Position numbers and translations under genes: made by a program. Below the pieces are notes generated by a model, which saw nothing but the letters and a program-made list of their open reading frames with translations, did not search any database and was not told the DNA's origin. Below are positions 7,635 to 18,068 of a stretch of 37,715 bases of DNA, in pieces. Positions within the stretch are counted from its first letter, which is position 1. Every line of letters begins with the position of its first letter. The stretch is taken from the IMG/VR virus record IMGVR_UViG_3300049731_000156, positions 1-37,715 of that record. One strand, 5' to 3'. The stretch is from a virus (taxonomy: Duplodnaviria; Caudoviricetes).

Positions 7635-10600
7635 ATGGCCATCGCCTTCACTCGGGCCCTGCCGGTCAGTCCTGGCGAAGCCATCGCCAGCCGACAGCTC
7701 GCCAACCTGGCCAAAGCCTTCAACGACCGTCTGAGGAGCGGCCTCGGGGATGGCACCTGGCGCATCCATTTCATGATGCTGTCCCTGTTCCGAGGCATCC
7801 GAAACCGGGCGGACGAGTTCACCTTTGCCAGCGAGTTGGAGTTCTTCTGGTACTACCAGACCGTTGACCCGGTGAATGCCTGGCCTGCCGCGCCAGCCGG
7901 TGAGCCGGAAGGCATCAATGTCACGAATCCCATCGGCGCATTCGTTTTCGGCAACGCCTCGGCCGGGATTTTCTCCGAGGCCTCCCACGTCAACGACATC
8001 CCCACCGGCACCGTGGGCATGTCGCCGCTCAACGGCTGGGATATTGCTCGCGAACAGCGCGGTGCCGTCGATCCTTCGCTTGGCAGCTATGCGGCACCGA
8101 TGCTCGCACTGGCCAGGCGTGCCAACATCGGGATAACCGGCATTTCCAAGGTCGGCCTTTCCTATGGTTCCTGGATGAAACTGCCAGGCGAACCCCTGCC
8201 GCTCCTCTTCAAGCCTGAATCCAAAGTCCTCCTCCGGTCCACCAACACCTTTGCACGCGAGTTCAGGGGCAGCGACGGGCAGCGGGCAAGCGACAGTTAC
8301 CATCTCCAGGAAGCCTTCGACTGCCAGCGGTTTTTCAGCGAGAGCTACCGGCTCTCACCCAACTATGGCGTGGAATCCGCACCCGGCGACGTGGATGCCA
8401 TTTATCCCCTGTTCACCAATGCCGGAGCCACCTCCATCGGTCAGCGGTTCGAGGACCAGGACGGGGCCACCCTGCGATTCTGGCACCCGAACTTCCTCAT
8501 GGACGGCTGGCGCGTCACCGTGACCGGCGCCACCGCTCCTGTCGGGTTCATGATCGAGGTCGGTGGGATTGATTTCGTCGAGGTCAACCTGACCCCGGAC
8601 GGCATTGGGCACGCTGCCGATGTTTCGCTCCTGCCGGTCAGCCTGCTCTCGACAATCGAACAACCCCTGGCGATTTCCGTCCGCCTGACCAAGCCCTTGC
8701 CTGACGGCGAGGTGGAAGTGGAGTTCACCGAGCTGGAGGCCCGCAGGCCGGAGGTGGCTGACCTCTACGCGGTCCTTCGCTGCGGGTCTGCGGACCAGGC
8801 CAACCTCCCGGACGGAGTCGGCACCCAGGAGGACCAGGCCAGGGTGATAAGCCAGGAATATTTCAGAACCGGCTGCGTGGTGAACCCTCGGGCGACTGCC
8901 GGGATGCCGGAAGAGGGAACGGTCATCAATTCCAACGCGGTCTTTGACGCCGTGCGCCGGTTCAGCCAGGCAATCGCCATCTCCCGGCGCAACGAGTTCG
9001 TCGACTATGCGGTGGAAAGCGGCAAGTCGATCCTTTGGTTCAAGCGCGAGTTCGGCATCGGTGAAGGCGTCATGGTGCGTCCGCTCGAAGGACTGCTGAA
9101 CATCAAACACGCTGCGGACGCTCAAGGCATGACCAACGAGTGGATTCTCGACGTGGAGCTCCGGCCCTACGACATCTCAAGCGGCGACATTTTCAAGCCG
9201 GAGGCCTACTCCGACATCTACAGTCTTATCAATCGGTGCCACTTCGACAGTCCTGAAATCCTGCGGGAAGCCGCCCTGCTCTCCCACATTGCCTACGGCA
9301 CTGGCCCGGTTTACGTCCCGGAATCCCCGCCAGGCTGGAATTACACCATCGTCCAGGGTGTCCCTGGTGCCCTCAACGTCAACACGCTGGACTGCGGCGA
9401 CCCGCCGGACCCGACCTGCGTCGAGTACCGGAAGAATTTCTACCGCTCCTGCCGCATCTATGAACCCCCGGTGGAGGTTGAAAGGGTGGACATCGAAGGC
9501 ACCGGTTCGTCGGCTCTACTCAAGGTCACCTTGACCGGCCGCCTGCACCATTGTGCGGAGGCCCCTGCCTCGATCCCGCGTTCCCGTGCGCTCTGGGACA
9601 TCTCGGCTCTCCGCGCCGAACCCTACCGCTCGATGGAGAACGGGCTGCGGGAGTACCTGCACCAGTTCAACGACGGCGGCAATCAATGCACGCGGCCAGG
9701 TGGAGCCCAGGTGGCACCGGCTGGCAACAGCGCCATCAACGCAGGCATCTGGGAAGATCCCACCAGGCCGTTCGGAACCTGTTACCCGGTGTTCCACTGG
9801 ACCCGCCTGGTGCCATTCCCCTACCAGGACGCCAACGATACCCAGGAACCCACCGACACCCATTTCACGCACGACGCTTTCCCGGTGATGGAGTTCTACC
9901 TCCGCGCCATGTGCGAGGGTTACGTGGACGGCGAGACCACCCTTGCCGATGCCTGCGACACCGGGGTTGCCACCCTTTACGATTATCAGTTCCAGGACTT
10001 GTGCCAGCAGGCTTTCGGCAATTCCCGCATCGCTGTCCTGCCGAATTACCCAGACGGCTACGGGCCTCTGCCCAACACTGATGCCCTGGCAGCCGTCTAC
10101 AATCAGTTCGTCCACGCGGTCAACCGCCTCACAAGAGTTCGCGTGATGCTGCCGTCCATCCTCGAATGCAACACCGCCACCGAGGATCACCTCGTAGGCG
10201 TCGGCCTTGTTTTCGGGGACGGCAGCGCGGCCAGTTGCGGCGACCTCATTAACGCCTGGGGGTCCTACACGCCTGGCGGTCCACGCTCCCCGGCCTTTGC
10301 TGACACCTGGGCCGAGTGCGGCGGTGGCGTTACCGCCGAGTACACGGTCAGCCTGACCGATGTCTGCCTCGGATCGGCCTGGGAACTACGAGAGCGGACG
10401 GTCCTCGGCGCCGTCCGCTTCAGCCTGCGAGACCCTGATTCACTCGAAGCCATCCCGGAATCCTGGCGCGATATGTGGAGCACGAACCAGGAGGTGCTTC
10501 TTCGCAAGACCACCACCACCGCCGTCACCACCCATGGCACGACCTCCGATGCGGACGAGGCCACGAAGTGCGTCGATCCTGACGGCCCGGACTTCTCGCC

Positions 10601-10841
10601 TGCCTTCCCAACAGGCGGCGGCGAGTACCTGGTTTTCTCTGACTCTGGTCCGCCTCCGTCGACCGGGTGCGAGTTCATGAAAGGCACCGCCATCATTCGG
10701 CCAGAGGACACCGGCACCACCGATGTCTTTATGACGCACAACAACCTCGGCCAGCCATGCACGAGCGGCGGCGCCTTCCACGCCATCCAGGTGGAGGTGC
10801 TGCCTGGGCAGACCCCTACCCTCACCATCCCGCTCGCATGA
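7635..10841 (+). CDS. Large Cys-rich virion structural protein (putative tail tip/baseplate hub)
   Basis: 1068-aa ORF in the tail module with about 20 Cys, mostly in the C-terminal half. Confidence 0.7.
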   Translation: MAIAFTRALPVSPGEAIASRQLANLAKAFNDRLRSGLGDGTWRIHFMMLSLFRGIRNRADEFTFASELEFFWYYQTVDPVNAWPAAPAGEPEGINVTNPIGAFVFGNASAGIFSEASHVNDIPTGTVGMSPLNGWDIAREQRGAVDPSLGSYAAPMLALARRANIGITGISKVGLSYGSWMKLPGEPLPLLFKPESKVLLRSTNTFAREFRGSDGQRASDSYHLQEAFDCQRFFSESYRLSPNYGVESAPGDVDAIYPLFTNAGATSIGQRFEDQDGATLRFWHPNFLMDGWRVTVTGATAPVGFMIEVGGIDFVEVNLTPDGIGHAADVSLLPVSLLSTIEQPLAISVRLTKPLPDGEVEVEFTELEARRPEVADLYAVLRCGSADQANLPDGVGTQEDQARVISQEYFRTGCVVNPRATAGMPEEGTVINSNAVFDAVRRFSQAIAISRRNEFVDYAVESGKSILWFKREFGIGEGVMVRPLEGLLNIKHAADAQGMTNEWILDVELRPYDISSGDIFKPEAYSDIYSLINRCHFDSPEILREAALLSHIAYGTGPVYVPESPPGWNYTIVQGVPGALNVNTLDCGDPPDPTCVEYRKNFYRSCRIYEPPVEVERVDIEGTGSSALLKVTLTGRLHHCAEAPASIPRSRALWDISALRAEPYRSMENGLREYLHQFNDGGNQCTRPGGAQVAPAGNSAINAGIWEDPTRPFGTCYPVFHWTRLVPFPYQDANDTQEPTDTHFTHDAFPVMEFYLRAMCEGYVDGETTLADACDTGVATLYDYQFQDLCQQAFGNSRIAVLPNYPDGYGPLPNTDALAAVYNQFVHAVNRLTRVRVMLPSILECNTATEDHLVGVGLVFGDGSAASCGDLINAWGSYTPGGPRSPAFADTWAECGGGVTAEYTVSLTDVCLGSAWELRERTVLGAVRFSLRDPDSLEAIPESWRDMWSTNQEVLLRKTTTTAVTTHGTTSDADEATKCVDPDGPDFSPAFPTGGGEYLVFSDSGPPPSTGCEFMKGTAIIRPEDTGTTDVFMTHNNLGQPCTSGGAFHAIQVEVLPGQTPTLTIPLA

Positions 10842-11038
10842 CCTTCCGCGTCACCCACCGCATGCCGAGCGGGCAGATGCTCCGCGACCGGGAGAAATCC
10901 TGTCACGGCTGCGAGTTCTGGAGCCATGACCAGCCGGAGCGTTGCATGCACCCGCGAATCGGCTGCCCTCGGTGGAACGGGAGGCGCAGGCCCTGGCATT
11001 TCCTGCGAGCCTGTCCGGCAGGAGTCTGGACCTCATGA
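10838..11038 (+). CDS. Small Cys-rich (putative metal-binding) protein
   Basis: ATGA overlaps at both ends; motifs CHGC...RC...GC...ACPAGVW. Confidence 0.7.
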   Translation: MTFRVTHRMPSGQMLRDREKSCHGCEFWSHDQPERCMHPRIGCPRWNGRRRPWHFLRACPAGVWTS

Positions 11039-11586
11039 CAACCCAGCTTACACCACTCCCAAGGGCCTCCGCACCCATCACCGGCAGCGGCATCCTGCCT
11101 GCCCGTCGTCATCGGCGCCCTGCCAGGAACCTGGGTGAAGGCGGCACTCTCACCGCTGACACCAGGGCCCTGCCCAGGCCCCTGGGGGAAGTTCCCTGCG
11201 GCTTTGAGGAGACATGCCCAGCCGAGCGGATCATCGAGCTACCAGAGGCTCCGGCACTGGAGAAGGACGATGCGCTGGTGATCGACCACGCCAGCAGAGG
11301 TACGCGCCAGGTCTCCTTCGAGACCATCACCCAGGCGGTGCTGGAACAGGCCACCACGCCGAGGCGCTATGTCCTGCACTGGCTCCCGACCGGGGACGGC
11401 AAGGGCGGACACAAGGCCACCATCGACGTGGGCACGACCGGGCCTCTCGTTATTCAGGTGCTCGAAGGCGCCACCCTGAGCCCTGTGCTGGCCTACAGCA
11501 CTCGTTCCGGCACCCAGGTCGATATTCACTGGAGCTCCCCGATCCCGCCAGGGACGGAGGCCTGGTTCGCTGACGTGGTCGCTTAA
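11035..11586 (+). CDS. Putative tail fibre adaptor/structural protein
   Basis: ATGA-coupled start. Contains IIELPEAPALEKDDALVIDHASRGTRQV, similar to 482-688. Precedes the major fibre gene. Confidence 0.65.
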   Translation: MTTQLTPLPRASAPITGSGILPARRHRRPARNLGEGGTLTADTRALPRPLGEVPCGFEETCPAERIIELPEAPALEKDDALVIDHASRGTRQVSFETITQAVLEQATTPRRYVLHWLPTGDGKGGHKATIDVGTTGPLVIQVLEGATLSPVLAYSTRSGTQVDIHWSSPIPPGTEAWFADVVA

Positions 11587-11601
11587 CCGGAGGAAAAGAT
11601 T

Positions 11602-14600
11602 ATGGCAGGAACCGACTTTCGCTCACTCGCCAACCTGGACATGTCCAGAAACCGGCTCGTCAGCGCCGCCCTGGAGCTCGTGAGCGTGAACCCGTCGCCC
11701 AGTGTCCTCGGCCAGATCGCCTTCTCGCAGATCCCAGGCCCGACGAACAATCACGCCTACCTCTGCATCGACGCCAGCACGCCCGTCTGGGTGCCGCTCA
11801 TCAGCACCGGGCAGAATGAATCCATCTACGGCCTCTGGACCTTCGCACCCCCGAATGTCGGCGCTCCGTCCGGTCCTCCCTTCGCCGTTGCGAACGCGGA
11901 CCCGGCCACGAACAAGGTCACTAACCTGAACGCCGATTACCTGGACGGATTCGGCACGAGCGACACCGTGGCCGCGAACTCGATCCCGGTGCGAATCAGC
12001 GGTGGCCGGGTCAAGGTCGGAACCCCGACCGAGAACGACGACGCGGCGACCAAGGCTTACGTCGACAACCTCGCCAGCGGCAACCGGCCCGTCACCGGCG
12101 GCCCCGTCCGGTGCGCCACGGTCGCCGACTTCGCCGGCACCTATTCCGCGGCGACCAATGCCATCACTGCTTCGGCAAACGGTCCCATCAGCGGTTACGG
12201 TTCTGTGTTCGACGGGATCACCACGCTGATCGTCGGCCAGCGGGTGCTGGTCCGGGTCCAGGCCAATGCGGCGCACAACGGAATCTATTCGGTGACCAAT
12301 TCTGGGGGCATCGGAAGCCCGGTCATCCTGACGCGCACCATCGACGCCGACGACCCGTCCGAAGTCACCACGGGCGCCACTGCGGTTGTCACAGAAGGCA
12401 CCGTTAACCAGGGGGCGAAATTCAGGCAGGCCAACCCGATCGCCAACGTCGACACCGACCCGGAGAACTGGGTTCTGGACTCGGTCACCAGCCTGGTCGC
12501 TGGTCCTGGCATCCACGTTGCCGGGAACAAAATCTCCTTCGTGAAGGATGGCGGCTACGGGATCGGCAGCCTGTTCTATGCCGACACGACGGCCAGCATT
12601 GCCGAGCTCCCGATTGGAGCCGCTGGCAAGGTGCTCGGAGTCAGCGGCGGCAAACCGACCTGGACCGATGTCGCCGTCACTGGCCTGCCCACGCTGGAGA
12701 TGATCGCAGGCGGGGACTCCCTCATAAGCCTGAGCGTCACTCCGACCGGCCCCAGGCCGCAGCTTGGCCAGACCGCGCTTGCATGGACGTTCTCGGCCTC
12801 GGCCAATTTCGGAACGCTCTACGGCTCACCGCAGAAACTCGTGGGGATGGAGCCCTACGTTTACCCGGCTGACGCTGGCACTTCCTCCAAGGTGCTCCGG
12901 GAGGATGCCCAGCTCCGCATCAGCGCAGCCATCCTGCCCACCTGGTCGGCGCGTCATACCTTCGATGCCGGAATTGCTGTCCGCACCACGGCGGCGGCCA
13001 CGTCTCCCTGGCTGGCAGTCTTTGACAGCGACCCGACAGCGGGGCCAGCCGTTCTCAAGTCTCGCACCCAGGCGCAGATCCAGACTGACTTACAGATTCC
13101 CGTGCCTGGTGAACCCGTGAACCTGGTGGGGATTCTGCCCAAGGCGACCGGCACCAACGCACGCGGGACTGCTTACCTGGCCTTTGATTGCACTCTCCAG
13201 ATTGACCAGGCGATTGCACCCAACTGGACCGGCCTTCACTCCTTCGTCAACACCAGCCCTTCGACCGTCGTCCTACAGACCAAGACGAGCGCGGGCGCAG
13301 CCTTCCCCACCTGGGGTGTGAGCGCAGGCGGCACCGTCAAGTTCGGGGACGGCTTCGGGCCGATGGACGTGGACCTCTACCGCATCGGTCTAGGAGAGCT
13401 GAACCTCAATGCTCTCTTTGACCTCAAGGCCAGCGCGGCGACCTTGAGTGACACCAGCCAGATCCTCCTGTTCAACAGCTCCGGTCTCACGACCGCGCAA
13501 CGTGTCGTCCAGGCCGACAAGACATCCTTCAAGAATTGGCTCGGGGCCTCGTCCTCCTCCAAGTCTGGCGCCCTCTCCACGACCACGACCGGGACCATTG
13601 GTGTCACCACCCTGAGCGGCGGAGCCATCGGCACAGGAGACTTCACGCTTGCCGTGAAACTCAAGTGGCCAGCCGCCAACTCGACGGCCATCGCCTTTGC
13701 CTCGATCACCTCGGCTGCCACCACGAGTGGCGTGGGTGCCTTCGACTTCGGCCTGCTCATTACGACCTCCAACGGGCTCCAGCTCTACTGGCGGGACGCC
13801 GGGCAGTCGCAGCACCTCTCGTCGGTCATCCCGATGGCGTCCTACCTGGGCAAGACCATCGACATCGCTGCCGTCAGGACTGCCGGGGTGCAATCGGTCT
13901 ACATCAATGGCGTCAATCAATCCTACACGCCCGTAGACATCGACGATTCAAGCCTGGCCAACGGCGCCTCGACCCTCTACTTCCGAATCTTCGTCGGCCT
14001 GACTGGCGGCACCGATTACCCCGAGCCCATGTACTCGGCTCGCCTGTTCAACCGGGCTCTGACGGGTGCCGAAGTCTCGGACCTGAACGAGAACGGCATC
14101 GCGCACACCGACCAATGGGGCAGCTTGAGCGGGCCGGTCCCAGGCTGCCTGATGGACTCCGACATTGGCGCCATCTGCGGGACCGTCATTCCCAACCGAT
14201 CAGGCTCTGGCGACGGCACCCTCACCGGGACCGTGGAGGTGGTGAACAACCACCTCCATTGCATCGGGGACACCGTATCCGGGGACGCCACGGCGGTTCC
14301 GTTCGTGTCTTCGACAACCCGGCGACTGACCTCGGACTCTAGCAAACTCGCGTGGAACGGAACCCGGTTCTCGGTGTTCGGTGAGGCTCATGTCCAGTCC
14401 GCGACCGGCATCGGCATCGTTCCGGCCGCCGCCTCCTGGCTGGAGCTGGCTCCCGGCACGACCTCCAAGGCGCCGATCCGGTTCGGGACTGGCTCCCTGC
14501 TCACCACCCCGGTCTCCGGCTCGGTCGAGAACAACGGCACCCGCCTCTGGTATACCGACAGCACTCCCACCCGGCGCGGGATTGCGTTCATCGACGACGC

Positions 14601-16044
14601 CAATTTCACCAGCGACGGCACGGCACGGCCTGGAGGCGCCGTCATCCTGGGCCCGCTGGACCGCATAACGGCCAGCCTGGGTTCGGAATTGATCGGCACC
14701 GACCCGATCAGCATCTGGGTCCGGTTCCTGGTCCCGAGGGTGTTTCGTGGTCCGGGTTCAGATTGCGTGGTGTCAGTAAACGGAGGAGGCGTGGGCGCCG
14801 GGTTCACCTATGCCGCGAGCATTCAGATCACGTCATCCGGCCAGCTACGGTTCGAGGTGTCGGCCAACGGCGCCGACCAGGTGCAGGTCAATGTCGCCAA
14901 CGTCATCGCCACTTACGGTGGGACGATCATCGACGCGGTTGTCGTTCGGGACGGAACCACGCCCTACGTCTACATCAACGGGCGGGTCCAGACGACAACC
15001 GGGTCATCTTCTGGGGCAGGCACCTGGGCCCAGAACATCGTCTCGAACAAGGTGGATATCGGCATGTTCTACTCCGGGCTCGGATCAGTCCCGAGGGTCC
15101 ACCGGGTGGTCGTCTATAACCGCGCCCTCCGCGCCCAGGATGCCGCGGACCTCAACAGGACGGGCCTCTCGGAGCTCGACCAGTGGGGCAGCACGATTGC
15201 CATCGCCACCACCGATTTCACATCCGGCGCGGGCGGCTGGGCATCGGTGAACTCCGGCAACGCTCCGCTCCTGACCGCGCAGACCGTCAACGGTTCTCCG
15301 GGCTGGGCCACCCTGACCCTCGGAGGCTCGAATGGCCGCATGGATGTCGAGTACGCCCTCGGCAGCCTCTTCCAGTACCGCAAGTTTTACGCTCTGCGCG
15401 CTACGCTGTGGCACGCCACCGCGCAGCCTGCGTTTTTCGGTTCCTCGATCAGCGGCCTGGTCACCGACAGCCCGCTCAAGCAGGCGGCCAGTACGTCCTC
15501 GGAGACCACCCTGCTCCTGCCCACATCGACCCAGGGTGCGTCCGCCGCCGGGGCGATCCGCCTGGAACCGGGCGACACGTCGGCCAACACCGGCGCCGTC
15601 ACCCTGACGGTCGGGACCAGCTACGGGATCAAGAATCCCAGGGTTTACCAGCAAGGCGCCATCGTGGATCTCAACCTGGGCATCGGCTGCGGGTCCGTCA
15701 TTCCCGATTTCAGCGGCCGTTATCATGGCTCTGTTGTCGGCACCACCTGGACGCACTACATCCCGACCTGCCCGGTGGGCATCACCAGCGGCAATGGAGA
15801 GGTGAGCACCGGCCTGCGCCGGTTCGTGCAGCGCCTGGTCGCCCTGAGCGCAGCCCAGACCATCACCCACAACCTCGGCACCCGCGATGTCGAGGTCCAG
15901 TGCTGGCAGGACGGGCCGGCACCCTTCAACACGGTCCCGGCCAAGATCGAGGTCGGGATTACCGTCGAATCGACCAGTGCCGTGAAAATCTGGCCCAACG
16001 TCGTGCCAGCGAGCGCCACCGCAACGGTCATCGTCGTCGGCTGA
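11602..16044 (+). CDS. Large tail fibre / receptor-binding protein with two LamG-like domains
   Basis: GGAGG SD upstream. Fibre motifs VTNLNADYLDG, DAATKAYVD and ITHNLGTRDV. Two LamG-like modules (YING...NRAL...DQWGS). Confidence 0.85.
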   Translation: MAGTDFRSLANLDMSRNRLVSAALELVSVNPSPSVLGQIAFSQIPGPTNNHAYLCIDASTPVWVPLISTGQNESIYGLWTFAPPNVGAPSGPPFAVANADPATNKVTNLNADYLDGFGTSDTVAANSIPVRISGGRVKVGTPTENDDAATKAYVDNLASGNRPVTGGPVRCATVADFAGTYSAATNAITASANGPISGYGSVFDGITTLIVGQRVLVRVQANAAHNGIYSVTNSGGIGSPVILTRTIDADDPSEVTTGATAVVTEGTVNQGAKFRQANPIANVDTDPENWVLDSVTSLVAGPGIHVAGNKISFVKDGGYGIGSLFYADTTASIAELPIGAAGKVLGVSGGKPTWTDVAVTGLPTLEMIAGGDSLISLSVTPTGPRPQLGQTALAWTFSASANFGTLYGSPQKLVGMEPYVYPADAGTSSKVLREDAQLRISAAILPTWSARHTFDAGIAVRTTAAATSPWLAVFDSDPTAGPAVLKSRTQAQIQTDLQIPVPGEPVNLVGILPKATGTNARGTAYLAFDCTLQIDQAIAPNWTGLHSFVNTSPSTVVLQTKTSAGAAFPTWGVSAGGTVKFGDGFGPMDVDLYRIGLGELNLNALFDLKASAATLSDTSQILLFNSSGLTTAQRVVQADKTSFKNWLGASSSSKSGALSTTTTGTIGVTTLSGGAIGTGDFTLAVKLKWPAANSTAIAFASITSAATTSGVGAFDFGLLITTSNGLQLYWRDAGQSQHLSSVIPMASYLGKTIDIAAVRTAGVQSVYINGVNQSYTPVDIDDSSLANGASTLYFRIFVGLTGGTDYPEPMYSARLFNRALTGAEVSDLNENGIAHTDQWGSLSGPVPGCLMDSDIGAICGTVIPNRSGSGDGTLTGTVEVVNNHLHCIGDTVSGDATAVPFVSSTTRRLTSDSSKLAWNGTRFSVFGEAHVQSATGIGIVPAAASWLELAPGTTSKAPIRFGTGSLLTTPVSGSVENNGTRLWYTDSTPTRRGIAFIDDANFTSDGTARPGGAVILGPLDRITASLGSELIGTDPISIWVRFLVPRVFRGPGSDCVVSVNGGGVGAGFTYAASIQITSSGQLRFEVSANGADQVQVNVANVIATYGGTIIDAVVVRDGTTPYVYINGRVQTTTGSSSGAGTWAQNIVSNKVDIGMFYSGLGSVPRVHRVVVYNRALRAQDAADLNRTGLSELDQWGSTIAIATTDFTSGAGGWASVNSGNAPLLTAQTVNGSPGWATLTLGGSNGRMDVEYALGSLFQYRKFYALRATLWHATAQPAFFGSSISGLVTDSPLKQAASTSSETTLLLPTSTQGASAAGAIRLEPGDTSANTGAVTLTVGTSYGIKNPRVYQQGAIVDLNLGIGCGSVIPDFSGRYHGSVVGTTWTHYIPTCPVGITSGNGEVSTGLRRFVQRLVALSAAQTITHNLGTRDVEVQCWQDGPAPFNTVPAKIEVGITVESTSAVKIWPNVVPASATATVIVVG

Positions 16045-18065
16045 TGGCTGCCCCGCACAACATCTTCTCGGATACCGTCATCGGGGGAACCGTCTCGTTC
16101 CTCCAGGCGCCGGCTGCCGTCACGCCGGCCGCCATCCTCGGACGCAGCTCATCCCTTGTCATGGGTGACGTGACCGCGGCCGCGCTGCGGACGTACATCG
16201 GGATCAGTGCGAGCGGCACCGAGGGCACTCTTGCCCGCTTTGGAGCCAGCCAGGCGCTCGTCAACAGCCGTCTCTCGGAGACGCTCGGCTCGCCCTTCAC
16301 CGTCACGGTGGCAGCCTCCCTCAACGTCGCCAATGACCTGGTGCTGCCCAGCCAGTCCTCGCCCGGCACCACCCCGGCCAACCTCAAGGTGATGGTCGCA
16401 GACGGGACAAGCGTACGCTTCCTGTCGCCTCCGACCCCTGCCGCCGGCGAGAACTGGTTCCTCAAGATGACCACGACGGGTTTGTCGTGGCACAACGGCG
16501 CACCTGGCGGCGGCGGTGGTGGTTCCGGTCCCACCGGCAGCGGGACTCCTGATCGAGTCGTCAAGTGGGTCACCGCGTCGACCCTCGGTGACTCGCTCAT
16601 AACCTCCACGACCACCGAGACCACCGTCGATTCGATCCTGACGGTGAAGATTGCCGGGGTTCAGAAATCCCGGCTCCAGGCCGCCCAGTGGGATCTCTCG
16701 GCGGCTGTCCTCGGGACTGACCTAAGCGCACCGGCGAGCGCCTCCACCCGGTTCATGGTCCTGGACGGCGATCAGGTACGGCCCGGCACCAATGACTGGG
16801 TCCGCGCGTGGCTCGGTGTCTATACCTCTGGGCAGGTCGACGGGCTGCTGTCGGGCTACGTCCCGCTCAGTGGCGGGACCATGAGCGGCACCGGAATCGG
16901 GACCGGCCCTGGGTCCGGCTCTCTCCTCCTCCAGGGCACGTCCCCGAGCCCTGGGCTGTCGTCTCCCGTGGTCCAGCAGAAGGCAGCGACCGGGGCTAGC
17001 GTCGGGACGTGGACCAACGGCACCGGCTGGGCGCTGTTCCAGGGCACGCAGACCTGGACGCATGTCCGCAACTGCCTCGAATACGATTTCAACAGCGGCT
17101 CCTTCTCCGTCTGGCAGAACGTCAGCGGCACCTGGCAGAACCTCGCGGTGGCCACGCAGGCCTGGGCGAGTGCCAATTTCCTGACCGGCATCGGCACGAA
17201 TACCTACGTCGCCATCTGGAACTCTAGCTCGACCCTCACCCAGAGCATCCTCTCGATCTTCGGCGGGGACACTTTGGCGGTCGCTGGTCACGTCAGCGTG
17301 CAGAACAACGTCGGCATCGCCGGCACGCTCGCGGTCACGGGTGGCGGTGGTGGCGCCTCCGTGATCGCGGGCAAACTCTCCCTGCCCAGCGATTCGTCCA
17401 TCGTGCCGCTTTCCAGCACGACGCCCGCCTTCCTGTTCGGCCGCGACACGGGCTCCGGTTCAGAGAGTCAGCGACTGCGGCAGTACGACGCCGCGACTGT
17501 CCGCTCCTGGATCGGGATCGTTCCCAATGACGCCATTGCGAGCCTCATCGTGGTCACGGTAGGCGAGGTCACCAGCACCTACGTCGGCGCCACTTTCCAG
17601 GACGTCACGCCGCCGGCGCGCGCCGGCATGAGCCTGACCCTGCCAGCGAACACGATTGCGGCTGGCAACGTCCTCAAGCTGGAGATGGCTGGATTCATCA
17701 AGGGCCCTGATGCGCTCCAGGCCGAGTTCCGTGTGTCGCTGGGCAGCTATGTCATGGACGTGCACATTGCCGAGCCTGGCAGCAGCGGGCCGTCGCTTGG
17801 CTGCACCTGGACTGCCAACATCTGGATCACCGTCCAGTCCACCGGCACGGCCGTCAGCCCGCTCATGCGCGGTGTCCACGCGTACGAGAACGGGGACGGG
17901 CTGGCCGGCAGCGTCTACAGCACCAATTACGGGCTGCGGTCAAAGTTCACCGCTGGCGGCACCCTCAACACCACGGTTCCGAACACGCTCAAGCTGGAGT
18001 ACAAGGGAACCACGGCCCAGGCCCAGGAGTTCCGTGTCACGAACGCTGTCCTTTGGAGGCTCTGA
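16044..18065 (+). CDS. Second tail fibre protein
   Basis: TGATG overlap at 16042-16046. Gly/Thr/Ser-rich, with the fibre motif YVPLSGGTMSG and three GT...A.(F/W)....L..S repeats. Confidence 0.8.
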   Translation: MAAPHNIFSDTVIGGTVSFLQAPAAVTPAAILGRSSSLVMGDVTAAALRTYIGISASGTEGTLARFGASQALVNSRLSETLGSPFTVTVAASLNVANDLVLPSQSSPGTTPANLKVMVADGTSVRFLSPPTPAAGENWFLKMTTTGLSWHNGAPGGGGGGSGPTGSGTPDRVVKWVTASTLGDSLITSTTTETTVDSILTVKIAGVQKSRLQAAQWDLSAAVLGTDLSAPASASTRFMVLDGDQVRPGTNDWVRAWLGVYTSGQVDGLLSGYVPLSGGTMSGTGIGTGPGSGSLLLQGTSPSPGLSSPVVQQKAATGASVGTWTNGTGWALFQGTQTWTHVRNCLEYDFNSGSFSVWQNVSGTWQNLAVATQAWASANFLTGIGTNTYVAIWNSSSTLTQSILSIFGGDTLAVAGHVSVQNNVGIAGTLAVTGGGGGASVIAGKLSLPSDSSIVPLSSTTPAFLFGRDTGSGSESQRLRQYDAATVRSWIGIVPNDAIASLIVVTVGEVTSTYVGATFQDVTPPARAGMSLTLPANTIAAGNVLKLEMAGFIKGPDALQAEFRVSLGSYVMDVHIAEPGSSGPSLGCTWTANIWITVQSTGTAVSPLMRGVHAYENGDGLAGSVYSTNYGLRSKFTAGGTLNTTVPNTLKLEYKGTTAQAQEFRVTNAVLWRL

Positions 18066-18068
18066 CCT

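Noticed and set aside
15183-16043. N-terminal 287 aa of the 960-aa ORF
   Set aside because: An Arg/His-rich shadow frame over the first fibre gene. The real gene starts at the TGATG overlap at 16044.
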